A stretch of 60,909 nt of DNA, filler included, from Sphacelaria rigidula (taxonomy: Eukaryota): assembly GCA_964200075.2 (NCBI GenBank). It is 9 parts of 9 records of this genome, joined end to end, with 100 filler letters (N's around TTAATTAATTAA, not from the genome) between each part and the next. Parts side by side here need not be neighbours in the genome. Positions count along the whole stretch, not along the records: positions 6,781 to 13,459 come from CAXNAA020018670.1; positions 13,560 to 20,238 come from CAXNAA020018671.1; positions 20,339 to 27,017 come from CAXNAA020018672.1; 6 more parts are not named here. The stretch is one strand, 5' to 3'. Below are positions 12,387-25,405 of the stretch, in pieces. The notes beneath the pieces were generated by a model. It saw nothing but the letters and a program-made list of their open reading frames with translations, had not been told where the DNA came from and did not search any database. A program made the position numbers and the translations under genes. Positions within the stretch are counted from its first letter, which is position 1. Each line of letters starts with the position of its first letter.

Positions 12387-13373
12387 CTGGAGTGGTGCGT
12401 GCGTAAGGACGGGGGGGAGAGGGGGGCGGGCGTACTCATTCGTTGCTTGCCTTAGTTGTTTGACCATTGAGCACGCATCCCTTTCGAGACGAAGCAGCGT
12501 TGGGGACTGGTGGGAGGGGTGAGCGGGTACGGGCATTGAGCGGGGGAGGGTGGACGTATTGAACAGAACGGCCTTGTAATGTATGTGACACGGCATCTGC
12601 AGATAACGTTTCGGGGTCCGAAAAGTCATCAATCCGGGAGTGTTATTAGAGGGGGGGGGGGGGGGGGAGGGGGATGATTCACAGCGTGCCCCGATGCAGT
12701 GCTGTGAATACCAACATAGTGCCAAAATAGGGGAACACAAATTAACCAGGGATCACAATCCAGAGGGTGATATTTAGCGTGAGAAAAATTGACTGTGTTG
12801 CTCATGGTAGCCGTCGTCTGCTTCTTCTACTTCATGGGGTTTCAGACGCAAAACGTGGAGCTGACCGTACCATACTGTACGGGGTGGCGTGTTCTGCGCT
12901 TGTAACAACACTGCCGCTGCTGCTGTTCCTCCCGGCAAACCTCAAAACGACAAGTGGCTACCACCGGCCGCCATGCAGTTGCTCATTTTCCAACGAACCC
13001 GACATCCTCATCGTACCCACCACCTGTCACGAACCAGGGCGATTCGGACTCTGGTTCGCTCTACTATCCGTACAATTCCACACTCTCACCGGCAAGCACC
13101 GGACGTGTGTGAAGACCCTGTTGAACACAAATGGCGACTGCCCGAGTTCGTGTACCAAAGCATGGCAGTGAAATTGTAGATATGGATAATACAGACGTCG
13201 ACAAAACCCCAACATCTCTGTTACAAGTACAACAACAGCTGTCAACGACGCATCTACTAGCGACAGGAGAGAGGGGAGAGGGAGGGGGGCGTACTCATTT
13301 GTTGCCTGCCTTAGCCGTTTGACCATTGACAACGCATTCCTTTCGAGACGGAGCACCGTGACGGGGGGGGGGG

Positions 13374-13459
13374 GTACTTCTGATCATGCATGCCATAGTC
13401 ATAAGACCATTGACCTCGCATCCCTACAAAGCCGGGACGGAGCACGCGGGGGTTTCGCC
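13374..13459 (+). mobile_element. Terminal fragment of ~575-bp repeat family B, cut by contig end
   Basis: Matches reverse complement of 31145-31231 and 58956-59040. Confidence 0.8.
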
Positions 13460-13625
13460 NNNNNNNNNNNNNNNNNNNNNNNNNNNNNNNNNNNNNNNNN
13501 NNNTTAATTAATTAANNNNNNNNNNNNNNNNNNNNNNNNNNNNNNNNNNNNNNNNNNNNTTACATTCGGGGGGGCGGGCATTTGGAAAAATGCCCCCCCC
13601 CCCGCCCCGACACACACACACACCT

Positions 13626-14111
13626 GACACTTCCTACGATAGCCCCCCCCCCCCCCGAAAAAGTGCATGGTTCTGGTCGGCAAAATCTTCACATAAATCG
13701 AAATGGGAAATGCCGAGCACAACGAACAGCTGGGAATTCCCACGCTTGGGTTCGTTGTAGTCAATATTGCCAATGTGAGGCGCTTCATGCGTTGTCTCTC
13801 GTGTTCTTTGACACTATTGGGCTGATTTGGGAGGGGGGCTTTCGTAGAAAGTATCAGACAATTTCTACGATAGCCCCCCCCCAAAATCAGCTCAAAAGTG
13901 TCACGCAAAAAATGGCCATAATACAGCGCCTGATGCTTGGGTTCAGGCTGCATGAAGCGTCTCATGTTGGCGACATTGGCTAGAACGAATCCAAGCGTGG
14001 GAATCCCTAGCTTCTCGTTGTGTTCGGCTTTTCCCATTTCGATTTACGTGAAGATTTTGTCTCCCAAAATCATGCACTTATATGGGGGGGGGAGCTATCG
14101 AAGAAAATGTC
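13626..14111. mobile_element. Inverted dimer of a ~230-255-bp MITE (GACA..TGTC termini)
   Basis: 13626-13790 is the reverse complement of 13950-14111. Monomer junction at 13855/13857 (tcgtagaaagtatc-a-gacaatttctacga). Confidence 0.75.
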
Positions 14112-15882
14112 GTCATCTGCCCTGTGCACAGGGTTTTTATTAACGGACAAATCCGAAAGCCCAGTACAAAGACTCGTTTCCATTTCCACACTGAGAAGAA
14201 AAGTTGAGGAGTAGCCCGAGATCCGGTTATTTTTCACAATTTCAAAAACAGTTTGGCAGATTTGTTCGGCCAAACTTGGGGTCATCTCTCGACTCCGCCA
14301 CAGATAAGACACGGCAGATATGGATGCCTCCGGTAGCATTTTTGAAATAAACCCGTCCATGGTGACGTCGGACTCGCGGATCATAAGGAAATAACCAAGA
14401 GACGCATTTTGGGAATATTGCACACCCGCGTTGCAGTTTCATACAAAAACCCGTTTTTTTCTCTTTTTATTGCGACCAAAAAGTACAGCTTTGATCATGT
14501 TTTGGGTTTTATTCTTCCCGATTGCAAGTGGGCGTTTTCAGACATTGATGCTGATGGAAATTCGATTCCAAAGCTTTTGTCGACCACACGATAGTTCATC
14601 CTCTTCTGCATCGACCAGAAAGATTTGAGCGGCTTTGGAGGGGAAGGAACTCTGCAAATGCGCTGAATGTCGTCGACAATGTCCCGATAAATCGCCCATC
14701 ACTTGGTTTTAGTACACCGCCGCATTCGCCAGTGTCTCCCACAACGGAAATAATATTTTGTGTTGTTCTTCTGTTGGTTGAACGCTGGTGTGCAGGTGAT
14801 TTCACATCAGCTCTGCATTTCCCCCCCAATTCTTTCTGTTTTCTTTTGTGTTGTTTGTTTCTCGTGTTTTTTTCAGTTCACTCCTTCTATTCTATCTTTT
14901 ATGATGCACCTTCCTCGAGTTTCCTCGAGAACTTTTATTCTTTGTGTTTTGTACAACGTGGGTGGTGCGTTTTGCCTTGTAGACACCGTTTAACCCTTCT
15001 GGATGAGTTTTCGTGCGACAATCAACCAGATCTATCTATCTGCAGTGGGTCTCGCTCCGTTCTGGCTGCTGTTTGTGATTCTTCGCTGCTTGTAGCTTGT
15101 GCTTGAGATGACTGCTGATTCCTCAAGACGTCCACAAAGTCATTTATACCGTCTACATGGAAATATTCTGTCAGCTGAATTTTTAGTGTTGTGTTCTCTA
15201 GGGTACGGTATGGAGGGTATAGAGAAACCCACACCCGCAACGGAGTATTTCTACAAGGGTATGCACGTGCCTCTTTTGGGCACGGTGTGGGGGTTGTGCG
15301 GAAACCCTTACCCGCCACCGGGTATTTCTACAAGGGTATACTCGTGCCCCGGGTAAGAGCAAACGTTTCATACAGATCGTTCTAAACTGTAGGGTACTGG
15401 CATAAGAGGCTGATGGAACTCACAGAACTGTCGGGTAAGGGTGATACCCGCCCCCGGGTATTAATTTGTTCTTCACCTTACATAACACAACCTTGTAATA
15501 TTGAACAAAGGTGATACAATCACAGTCCTGATTTTATACATCAGAGAAGATCGGGTGGGCAAAAAAGGGAACCTGGAGATGAGGCGTGGGGCCAAGTTCA
15601 AGTGATTGACGATGGCAAATTCCCCCAGCTTCGTCATGACGTAACGCATGCGGAAATTTCGAGCTAAGATGTAGGGCGAGATGGACAAAATGTAGAGGTG
15701 ACCCCGCACCGTACCCTCTACCAAAAGTTGCGGAGATGCTTGGGATAGGTTCGTACTCTGAAGCACCGTGATTTTTTTCTGGATTTTTGCGGTCTGGAGG
15801 ATGCGCAGCGTTTCGACCACCGAACCTAGTGAGAATCTGGGGACACCTGGAGTATATCAACATTAAATATGCAGTATACATA

Positions 15883-16377
15883 CTTCCTCTGTCCCAAAAG
15901 CAAAGTTACCTAAATTTGTACGGGCCCCGATCTTTTTTTTATTTGTGAACTCTACGGTGTTTTTTGGGTTAAGAAAATGTGTTTAAAAGTTGCAGCTCGT
16001 GCTTGAACCATGCCGCCGAACGGCTGCAAAAAAGGTAGTCGGCCGAAAAAGGGCCGTTTTGTGCCCCTTTCCGAGGGGAAACAAAATGTCGAAACAAAAA
16101 ATCTTGATTTTTTCTGATCGCGTGACACTTCCTGGCAGCAAGCCCCAGTGGAGGCGGGGGCGATTACATATATATATATATATATAAAATCCGACACTTT
16201 TTTTCCGCCGACTACTTTTTTGCAGCCGTTCGGCGGCATGGTTCAAGCGCGAGCTGCAATTTTTAAACACATTTTCTTGACCAAAAAACTCCGTAGAGTT
16301 CATTAAAAAAGAAAACGATCGGACATCGTTAAGGGCCCGTACAAATATAGATACCTTTACTTATGGAACAGAGGATG
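15883..16377. mobile_element. Stowaway-like (Tc1/mariner) MITE with ~165-bp TIRs, TA target duplication
   Basis: TA|CTTCCTCTGTCCCAAAAG ... ATGGAACAGAGGATG|TA. Long arms with gaaccatgccgccgaacggctgcaaaaaag and its reverse complement. Confidence 0.85.
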
Positions 16378-18249
16378 TATTATACATACCAGACAACCTA
16401 CAGGTACTTTGTACCCTACTCTCGTCTAAGCACCTCCGAAAGGTTGCTTCTCTGATCTAGGTTTATAAAACGGAAGTAATTCACGGTTTTCAGCGTTTCG
16501 TCTGAAGAGTCGAAAAACGTTTCTCCCTGGCACGTGCCATGATGGGACCATGAATTTGGGGGGTGACTACGACATGGAAGATCGTGAGTACACCCACCCT
16601 ATCCCCCCCCCCCCCCCCCCGCCCACCCCGAGGACGCCTAGTCGTACGGGTGGTATGTGCCGTTTTCGTGTGTTGAACGTAAATGGCGATGAACCTAAAC
16701 CCACGAACGCATCGATAAAACGTGTAAGCGATGAGGTATTCTTCTTCTACCCCCAAACACGGTGGGAATGTTGTCTACCGTTTTGGCAAGTTACACAGGC
16801 CTTTGCACACGAATGGCGATGCCGCTGAACACGCGGGAGGCATCGCTGGAACGTATTTCCCTTGCCCTACTGCTTCATGACACATATCGGCTCCGATTCC
16901 CTTCCTTTCGACAAAATCAATGCATCCCTTTCCCGAACAGTTTTAGCGGGAAGGGACTGTTATCCAACGTGTGAGCTATTTGCGGCCGGAGAGCGACGCC
17001 CTTAAACACGCGGTCGGTACCTGCAGGAAGCCTGCAGCCAGCCCCACCTAAAGATACCTCCTGTTTTCGTTAATGGGACGAAATAATCCCTGGCGAAGAT
17101 ATTGTTCCATCCCTTCCCTCAGTACGCACTGGGGTTATAAATTACCACGAGGACCCGTTAAGTACCAATAGCGATGCCCCTGAACACGCGAGTGCTCACT
17201 AGAAAGCATACATGCCACTGGCTGATTTGAGACCCCTCCCTCCCTCCCCCGACGATGGAATGAGCATGTCTCCTCCCCAAACACCATCACTCTGGGGGTG
17301 TTATTTGACGTTTAGGATCTCAAGTTCAAAGTAGCATGTGTTGTTTTGGCGTTCTTCTCGCGTACTACTCTTGGATATAAGTCGAAGGTGCTAGGGTCAG
17401 TAGATTTTGGTACAACAAACAGCTCGTCCTCAGAACACAGTGCCCAAGTTAGTGTTATTAGTTGGTGTTATAGGGCGATACGAGTAGGTACCCCGCTTGT
17501 CAGGAGGGTGTTATTGACTGTAAAACACAGGTTTTCGGCTCTAGTGCAATAAATAGGTAGATATCTAAAAAAGTAAACTTCTTATTTCTTTACACATACG
17601 ATCGGGACAGGCTCGATCGAACGAGCATCCCAAGGAGTCAGGATCTGAGCTAAAAAAATGGCAGGACCCCCGATGACCGCTTATCCTGTGAGTCACTCAA
17701 TCTTGAACACAGACAAAAAAAATCTTGAAATGTGGAGCGGAAGAACCTGAGAAAATCGCCAATTACGGAGAAATTTCCAAATGTCCTACTTTGAACGGGA
17801 GTTACTGTATTACAGTAGTCGTTTGCGGGCCGACTTCAAGGTACCAATACATCCACACCCCACGAGTTGGGTCAGCCTAAAAACGATTGTAAGCTCTCAA
17901 AGCCGCATCTCATCGGCACAGACGAGTTGGACCGTGACCCGAATGTGTTATCAATAGTTCAATAGTCTTAGGGGGAAAATATCCATCTGCTCAACAAACA
18001 GCCTGGGTCAAATTTGTCTCGTTGATTGAACGCCATGTCGAGCAATTCCTGTATCGTACGGAGATGAGAGTCCATACTAAAATCTATATGGAACCCTGAA
18101 CAATACATAGAGCGGATGATGCTTTTTGATATGAATATTCCGTGGAGCATGAGGAAACGATAGATACCCCCACCTCCACTACCTCCACTTGATTCGTTAT
18201 CCATCTAGAGATCTGGCGCACATGATGTTCCATATAATATTACGAGGAG

Positions 18250-19370
18250 AGGCACTAAAGGTACCAAATCTGGATTTTGCGTTACAGTTATTGAGAATTG
18301 TGCTTTGAAATTGGCATGGGAAGTCGCTAGTGCATCATGAAAAAAAAAGCTTTGGCTTCTCGACTTCATTTTTTATTTTTTCCCATGTCTTCGGGGCGTT
18401 CTAGTGAAGGATGGGCACTGATTTTGGCCCTTATCTCAGTTTCTCAGCTCACTCCATCGTTAGAATTATGATTTGAAATTGAGTTTGGAGAATCGCAAGG
18501 GTATACTGGAAACGAAAAATAAGGTTGGCCTTCATTTTTGACTCATTTGTGAGTGAAGGACGCTTTCGTGAAATGGCCTATACTGTACTGAAACGCCTCT
18601 ACGCCCTTAGTCGGTGGCTCTGCGGTGCCCACTGGTGTGTGTCTGTATCTACTCTGCTGCCCTGAATCCCTTGGGCCTTTTCCTTTTTATTTTTTGTTTT
18701 TCATCGTTTCATGTATGTTTTGTTATTTGCTCTGTACTTTCCTCTTGTTTTCCTTTTTTTCTTGTTTTAGGTCGACCATTTCTTTCCGTGCTTTGCTTGT
18801 GCTGACTTTTTTTAAATTTATTTTTCTACGACTAAGTCTGCGATGTTGTTCTGTTCGACCATTTGTTTTCTGTTCCTTCTTTTCCTCAGAGCGTGTTTCA
18901 GTTTCGTTTTTCTTGGGCAGTCTATCATGAGACCACGGCTGGATCCCTGGGGGATCAGTTAAAGTGCGATAATCAATCAATCAAAATCTAAGTCATGAAG
19001 AGAAAATCAACGTGTCCCATTCTTTTCACTATGCCCTAGCGATTCCCACACAAAATTTCAAAGCGCAGGTACCACAACGGGGCTGGTAAATGGCCTGCAA
19101 AATTCTGTTCCGAATTTCGACCGGCCCTGGTCCTAAATTGCCCGTTCTCGCCTAAATGTTGAGAGTTGGACTTCCAACTTTGGTTTGGAAAATGAACAGG
19201 ACATAATTGAAAAAAAATGTTGGGACAAGAATATATATAAATGAGCTTCGTGACATACGGGCATCTTACTGAAAAATGGATGTTGAGTGTTGCCATCAAC
19301 TCATGAAAAATGAAAATCTTTTCGTCGCAACATATTCATCATTAAACCCTGTTGATTCTCCATACCAAGG
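18250..19370 (+). mobile_element. Non-autonomous repeat (same family as 46610-47353) interrupted by a T-rich LINE 3' fragment (~18610-18984)
   Basis: ggcacta.a...aaatctggat...tcgctagtgcat.atgaaa...cttatctca...ggccttcattttt and ggcctgcaaaat..tgttccgaattt shared with 46620-47110. Confidence 0.6.
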
Positions 19371-20139
19371 TCCAGCCCTCGAAATGTAGACGAGAATGGG
19401 CCTGCAACCTACAGATCCGCTTCTAGGCTGGCTCAGCTCTAACGCACCCGTCGAGAAATCAGGGGCACCACGATTCGTTTGTTAAATGACAAAACGGTAG
19501 ATACCACCCCCGGGGACGGCCATTTCCCCATCGCTAGAGAAGCCATGGGCCCAACCTCCACATGAAACTTCACCAAAGCTTTGAAGGTGTTTCCTAGATA
19601 GTCGTACATGACATGCGCTACTTTCTACAACTCCCATGAGTGACCGTGATGAAACAGGGGAAATTAAAGCGACTGGGCAACATTTGCCCTCAACCTGCTC
19701 TACAATCATCTCGAGAGCGAGCACTATTGTATGCGATGTATATGACCAACCGAATCACCCCCAGCTGAGACGCTCAGCAGCTTCTCAAATTCCCAGCGGA
19801 AGCCTTTCATCGTAGTAGTCTATGCAGCTCAACCCCTCTTCACCATGTGCACCTGGAATCGCGCATACAACTTTTTCAGTTCTGCTGCGTGTACATCCGT
19901 CACTATTCAAAATCTTCCGTGCATCCATGATCAGTGAAGAAGGAGGTGAAGTTACCAACGTCAAAAAGGCACACCGAAGTGAGCGTTGTTCTTTTGGTCT
20001 TCATTTGTTTTTTTTCTATTCCCTTTTTTCTTTTCTTTCGATTGTTTTCCTTCTTTATTTTTAGCTTTTTTTCTCAGTTTTTTTTTAGTTTTATCAGTTA
20101 TCTCCTCTATTTCATTCATGTAGTCTTCATTTTCCTTTT

Positions 20140-20238
20140 GAGCTGGGGCAGCCAAAAGTAGGCGCGAACCTCGCTCAGGCGACTCACGGCGAGATATTAG
20201 GAGGTGGACGCTGAAAATTTGACAGCAGATTTTTATGA
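20140..20238 (+). mobile_element. Dispersed repeat end, cut by contig end (copy at 48248-48346)
   Basis: gagctggg...agtaggcgcgaacctcgctcaggcgac.cacggcgag.tattaggag.tggacgctgaaa near-identical in both. Confidence 0.75.
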
Positions 20239-21734
20239 NNNNNNNNNNNNNNNNNNNNNNNNNNNNNNNNNNNNNNNNNNNNTTAATTAATTAANNNNNN
20301 NNNNNNNNNNNNNNNNNNNNNNNNNNNNNNNNNNNNNNAGGATGCCCTTGTCCCCTGGTCATCATCCAGGATCCAATATATACTCAACCGTTACGGCGTG
20401 ATTTCGCCACAAACCTCATCTCGGAGTTGAACCTCAATTCGGACAGTTTGTTGTTATGTTTGTATCGTATTGGGACACATTTTAACAGCCTGGGTTCGTT
20501 TTTGAGGTTCAACATTTGGGTGAGGTTGAAGTCGTCATCGAAATTTCGTTTGTTCCGTCCAAGAGACTCGGGATATGCAAGCAGTTTCGGCCATGTGACC
20601 CTAACCCAGAAGTTTCTGTACGGCAGCCCAAGCATGATGAGCAGTTCAACAGAAAAACCACCGCCATGATGCGGATTTTTTTCAACAGGACGTGCCTCTA
20701 AGCGCTACAAGACACGTAACAAGGCGATGTCCCCGTCGCGCAACTGCCGCCGACGCAAGTACAGTGCTGGCCGTTTGCGTACATGCATATTTTCGAAGTG
20801 AAGAGCAGGCAAAATGTAGCAGCGAGGTACTCGCCTGCTGTGCAGACAAAAGCGTGAGCTACCACACCTCTGTAACGTCTACGAAGCTTCTGGCAGCCCC
20901 GGGGGGAAATACAGATACAGCCAGTTGAGTGAAACGAACTGGACATACACACGACGAGAGATGGTGGAAACTTCCACGCTTGGGGTTGTTTCGCCAGTAG
21001 CGCCCATGAGAGGTGCTTCATCCAGTCTGAACCAGCTATCACGCCTTGTATGGTCACTTTCTTCCTGACAGAGTTGGGAACTGGTGTCGGGGTGGGCTGC
21101 GTCGCTTCATCGGGCAGCTTGGTTGCGACCCGTTTTTTTTCGACAACCCGCAGCACATTGGCAGATGAGGTTGCAAAAAATACAGCACATACAGCCATCC
21201 CCCACTCGCCGTCATTTTCGTACCTTTGCACAACAACTATGTACATATATGCAGAAGATGTGCTTCATCACTTACTTGCAGTAGTGCCCAGAATTTCGTA
21301 GGAAGAGGGTGTACGGGAGAGACACGGCTCCATCTATCGTTGCACACAGTAGTGGCAGCTCCCGCCACCGGATTGGCGAGCCTACTGCCTGCCAAACCCT
21401 CCTAAAAATGCAGTACAGTGTATGCTCAGGGTCAATTGTACGGTTTTTCGAAATCGTCTCTCTTCTAGGTCCCAAAGGGGGTCTGGACTGCCGAGCGAAA
21501 GTGCTGGCGCACTCCTTTCAGATATGATTTGTGACAACTGTGGGAGTTAGGATTAGCGCGCAGGGAAAGTCCTGAAGGGACGGATGGTTTGTTGGGAAGC
21601 AGTCGTCCATTGTAACGGGTATAAACCGTTCAAGCAAGGCAATTTCGATTCTGAACAGGGAAAGACGTACTACAGTACCCCTGAGTACTATTCTACATGT
21701 TCATTTCGAGCGATGTTCCCCAAGTACCCCCAAG

Positions 21735-22012
21735 TTTGCCGTTATCGTTCAGCTCATCACGTCCATAGGCGCCTAGAACCCCTTCGTCCTCTAAGCCCTC
21801 TCCTACTTTGTCCCCCGTCCGCGCGTTGGCATCCATCAATACATACACACATTCCTTCAACGGGATTCGTTGTACGAGATCGTCAAGTCCATCCCAGAAC
21901 GCTTGTTTCGCTTTGTTCTTGGCGACTTCAGTTGGTGCATACGCAGCTACGAAATTGATCGCTCCGCTCTGTCCCGATATTTCAAACTGCATTGCCTTAA
22001 GGCGCTCGTCAA
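21735..22012 (-). pseudogene. RTE-clade LINE apurinic endonuclease fragment
   Basis: FVAAYAPTE...FWDGLDDLVQRIP...VLMDANARTG...GVLGAYGRDELNDNGKL: YAPT, DxNA and NxNG motifs of APE-type LINE endonucleases. Confidence 0.85.
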
Positions 22013-22084
22013 CGTACTTTTTGTATGTGCGCTGTAAACATTGTACAGCATATTAACAACAATGAACAGTACTCGGAGTGACGA

Positions 22085-22255
22085 AAACCCTGTGAAGCCT
22101 ACTGTGCAGCGTGCAAAAAACCCTACAGTCGAATCCCCGCGAGAAACACTGCACAGTTTCCCTGAAACCCTGTGAAGCGTACTGTGTGGCGCAAAAAAAC
22201 ATCCTATAGCCAAATCCCCGTGAGAAACACTGCACAGTTCCCCTGACCCCTGTAG
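22085..22255 (+). repeat. ~80-bp tandem duplication
   Basis: aaaccctgtgaagc.tactgtg...aatccccg.gagaaacactgcacagtt.ccctga occurs twice. Confidence 0.8.
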
Positions 22256-22959
22256 ACGTGCCCCACAGGGTGCTATCCGTCCGCGTGTGTACGAGCCCAT
22301 GTTGGAGGCATTATTTAGTATCGGTCAGCCAGCAAAAGGACTGAAAGGCACCAGATCCCCAACAAGTACTGGGGTTGGGATGTCCCAGTACGCTGACAAC
22401 ATCCCACTAACACAATTAAAACGAACAAGCTGAAGATTCTCTCGGAAGAGATGGAGAGAAAGAGACGGTAAGGAAGGGCGGATAGAGAAGTAGAGAGTAG
22501 ACGGGTAAAGTACTAGCAGTGCTGGTATTCGGGGTTCGTAGCGAAATGACCAGAATAGAGTTCGAAAGGAAATACAATGGAGTTGGACTATACTGTTTGG
22601 CAAGAAGAAAAGTAGAAAGGGGGGGAGAACACTTCCGAGTCACGCTTAAACCGAGCGCGAGCAAGGAGTGGGGAAGGATAAGAGACAAGTAAGATGTCGC
22701 ATGGGTGAGAAGAAGAGGGTGGAGAGTATGCATAGCTAATGGAACAACAAACCTAGGACGTAGTCCACGGGTAAACGGAGGGGAAGAGACAGGAACAGGT
22801 GCGTGACCGGAGGGGAAGGGGAGGGGACATAGCGGCCGGAAGCAAATAGACAAAGACCAACGGAGAAACGGGAAAAACAACCAAGCAAGGGAAATTTAAA
22901 GTAAAAGCGACGGAGAGAGAATAGTAGACAACACAAGAGCAGATAATGATTCGGAAAGG

Positions 22960-23385
22960 AAGTTGAGAATAGGATCGTGGAACGTGTGTGGGTTCGTCAC
23001 AAATAGGCTCAAAAGAGAAGAAATAGCGCAACAAGTGAGTGAACACGAACTAAATACAGTAGGAATCCAACAGTCATGGGAGAAAGAGTGGGCGGAAATA
23101 GGATGCAAAGGTGAAGAGTACGCATGAATAGGGAAAAAGCGGAAGAGACAGAACCCCAAGAGCAGGGAAGCGGGGGGGGATAGGGTTCTTAGTCAAGGAA
23201 TATCTGTGTGACAGTGTAGAAGTGATCGGCGACCCGAAATTTGACGAGAGCATACCGATAAGGGTGCCAGGAGAGTGGGGAACGAAGAACTTCTTCGTAG
23301 GTGACATCTATATGCCCTCAAAATCGAAAAGTAGGGTGAACGATATACAGCGGAGGTTTGGAGAGATAGCAGCAGATGTACATAA
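22960..23385 (+). pseudogene. Second non-LTR retrotransposon ORF2 N-terminus (APE endonuclease), disrupted
   Basis: Manual translation KLRIGSWNVCGF...VGIQQSW...EYA*IGKKR...GG/IGFLVK...FFVGDIYMPS: SWNVxG, GGIGF and YxP motifs, with an in-frame stop and a frameshift in a G-run. Confidence 0.8.
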
Positions 23386-23700
23386 AACAATGTTTTCGTG
23401 AGATTGAGATTATAGTATACGATTGAGAGTGAAAAGCGATCAATCAGTGAATGAATAGTTTCAGTTCCGAAATGCCCCTCCACGAGGCCCGTTATTGTTG
23501 CTGTAGTAGCTTGCCACTGAGGCCCTTGATACCCCCAAGTAGGATATTGGCGTGTAGCTGTAAGCACATGGCAGTGATGGAAGCAAAGAAGAGCACACAC
23601 GGAATGAAAGTTGGCTAAGTTGAAGTGAATAATCAAGGCCACTCTCAATCCGCGCTCTACTCTCAATCCGCGCTCTACTCTCAATCTCACGAAGGTTGTT
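23386..23700. mobile_element. MITE-like element (ends aacaa..ttcgtgagattgaga / tctcaatctcacgaaggttgtt) with 18-bp internal tandem repeat
   Basis: Imperfect TIRs related to 24955-25405; actctcaatccgcgctct x2.5. Confidence 0.55.
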
Positions 23701-24954
23701 ATAAGAGGTTTGGGGCGTGCGACGTTTGCGTCAGTATTTGTATGACACCCCGTTTGTGATTTATACGGGTCATAAGTCTTTGAAAAGCCTCACCAAAATG
23801 GCGGAACACAACCCCAGGGTACAACGCTGGTTCGAAATCCTGTCTTCTTTCGCACAGGCCCGCAAAATGCAAACGCCGACTTCCTGTCACGCTTGCCAAC
23901 ACCGGCTTAACCTATCGATGAATCCCCCATGGGACGTATCACCGATCCCACCGAAGACATTGTATATTTCGTTAGCAGGAATGGACATAAAGGTCTCTGC
24001 ACACCACTTTCACTGAAAAACGCGCCGGCTCTGGGCATGGGTGAGCTGAAGATCACAGCCTACGCATCAGTTCTGGGCAGTTTGCAACCTCAACCGTCAT
24101 ACTCAGTTTGGAATACAGTCTACGAATAATGTTGGCTATGATCATTTTCGTGCAACTGACCAACGCATGGTTTTCGCAGAGGGTGTAGAACCGTCCTTAA
24201 ATGACTCCGTCTTACCAGTTTAGGTTCGAGATTTGATTCCGAGTAGGACTCGTGGACGGCGGACCGCCGACAAGGCCACTAAATTAGCCGTATCTGGTCC
24301 TGACCTTCCCTTCCCTGCCTCCACCCCGGCCCCCGATAGTTTCCATGCGCCTCCTCAACCCCCACGACGCAAGGCCCCCAGAAAATCGACCCCGATCGTG
24401 CCTCCCTTACCAACCATAGCCGAAACCACGGCTGTTTCCCCCTCGCTTGGTCATGATATTTAGAACACCACCACAACACCCACCACGCTAATCGACGCAG
24501 GAGTAGACATGAACTTCCGCTTGAGAATACACCACCTGGTGGGCTCACCCTTGATCTCGACATCACCATTTCGTGTCACCTCCACCATGACCCTACTCAA
24601 CGCGAAGTAGGCGCTTCAACAGATGGCGTATTCAAGGAACGTTTGACTCTCTTCTCCTACGCCGATTGGGCTCGAGAAGAACAGGCAGAACCTGCTTGTA
24701 AATCAGCTATCCATTATCTATCCGAAGGTTGCCCATGTCCATTCTCAGAAATCAAATTCTTGTTGCCCGTCGGGAACCCAATGTCCCCACACAGAATGAA
24801 GTTACTGAACTTTCGCGGAAAGGTATACTGTATACGGATGATGATGGTGTAGTTCTTTCAGTTCGCCGGCCCACAGCGGGCTCCCCAGGGTGAGACCTAC
24901 AAGTCGACATGACCGCTTGCTATAATAGGTGATGAACCCATCCGAATTCATGTA

Positions 24955-25405
24955 ACACTATATTCGTGAGATTCAGAGGGTAGTTTCAGATTCAGAGTGA
25001 TGAGTGCTCTAGCGTTCCTAACAGGGAACTTTTTATTTTTGCTTGAGCACACGTGCTGTGCATGCAGCTACCGTACAGTACCCCATTCGAGGAATTCGGC
25101 GGTCTGGTTGGTGAGATACCGCACAAAGCATTTTTATGCCTGGGGGCATTTCGGAACTGAAACTGTTTCAGGCACTAATCGTTTTTTCCTGAAAGAGGGG
25201 ATCTTTTGTTGCAATGGACTGACTACGTCGTTGCGATCAAGTGATGTGTCAAATTGATCGTGTAGGTGACAGCTTTCATTGAAGCCACCGCTTCACGCAT
25301 TACTCCTCGAACTGTGGCGATATCAAAATCGACGGGAAAGTCGATTGTTTCGGGCCTCACTCTGAATCTGAAACTACTCTCTGAATCTCACGAATAATAT
25401 AGTGT
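24955..25405. mobile_element. MITE with ~45-bp TIRs, TA duplication, inserted in Gypsy pol
   Basis: TA|ACACTATATTCGTGAGATTCAGAGGGTAGTTTCAGATTCAGAGTGA ... TCACTCTGAATCTGAAACTACTCTCTGAATCTCACGAATAATATAGTGT|TA. Confidence 0.85.

Noticed and set aside
14070..14830. Protein-like minus-strand ORF fragments
   Set aside because: Stops and frameshifts with no motif I can assign; possibly a decayed mobile or viral gene, needs tBLASTx
17968..19724. Two minus-strand ORFs both containing GGGIYRF
   Set aside because: Similarity is limited to ~15 nt; no consistent exon structure
20698..21530. 182-aa and neighbouring minus-strand ORFs
   Set aside because: No domain motifs or convincing splice boundaries
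22400..22950. Possible LINE ORF1 (esterase-like) upstream of the endonuclease
   Set aside because: Purine-rich and positionally plausible, but too degraded to confirm any motif
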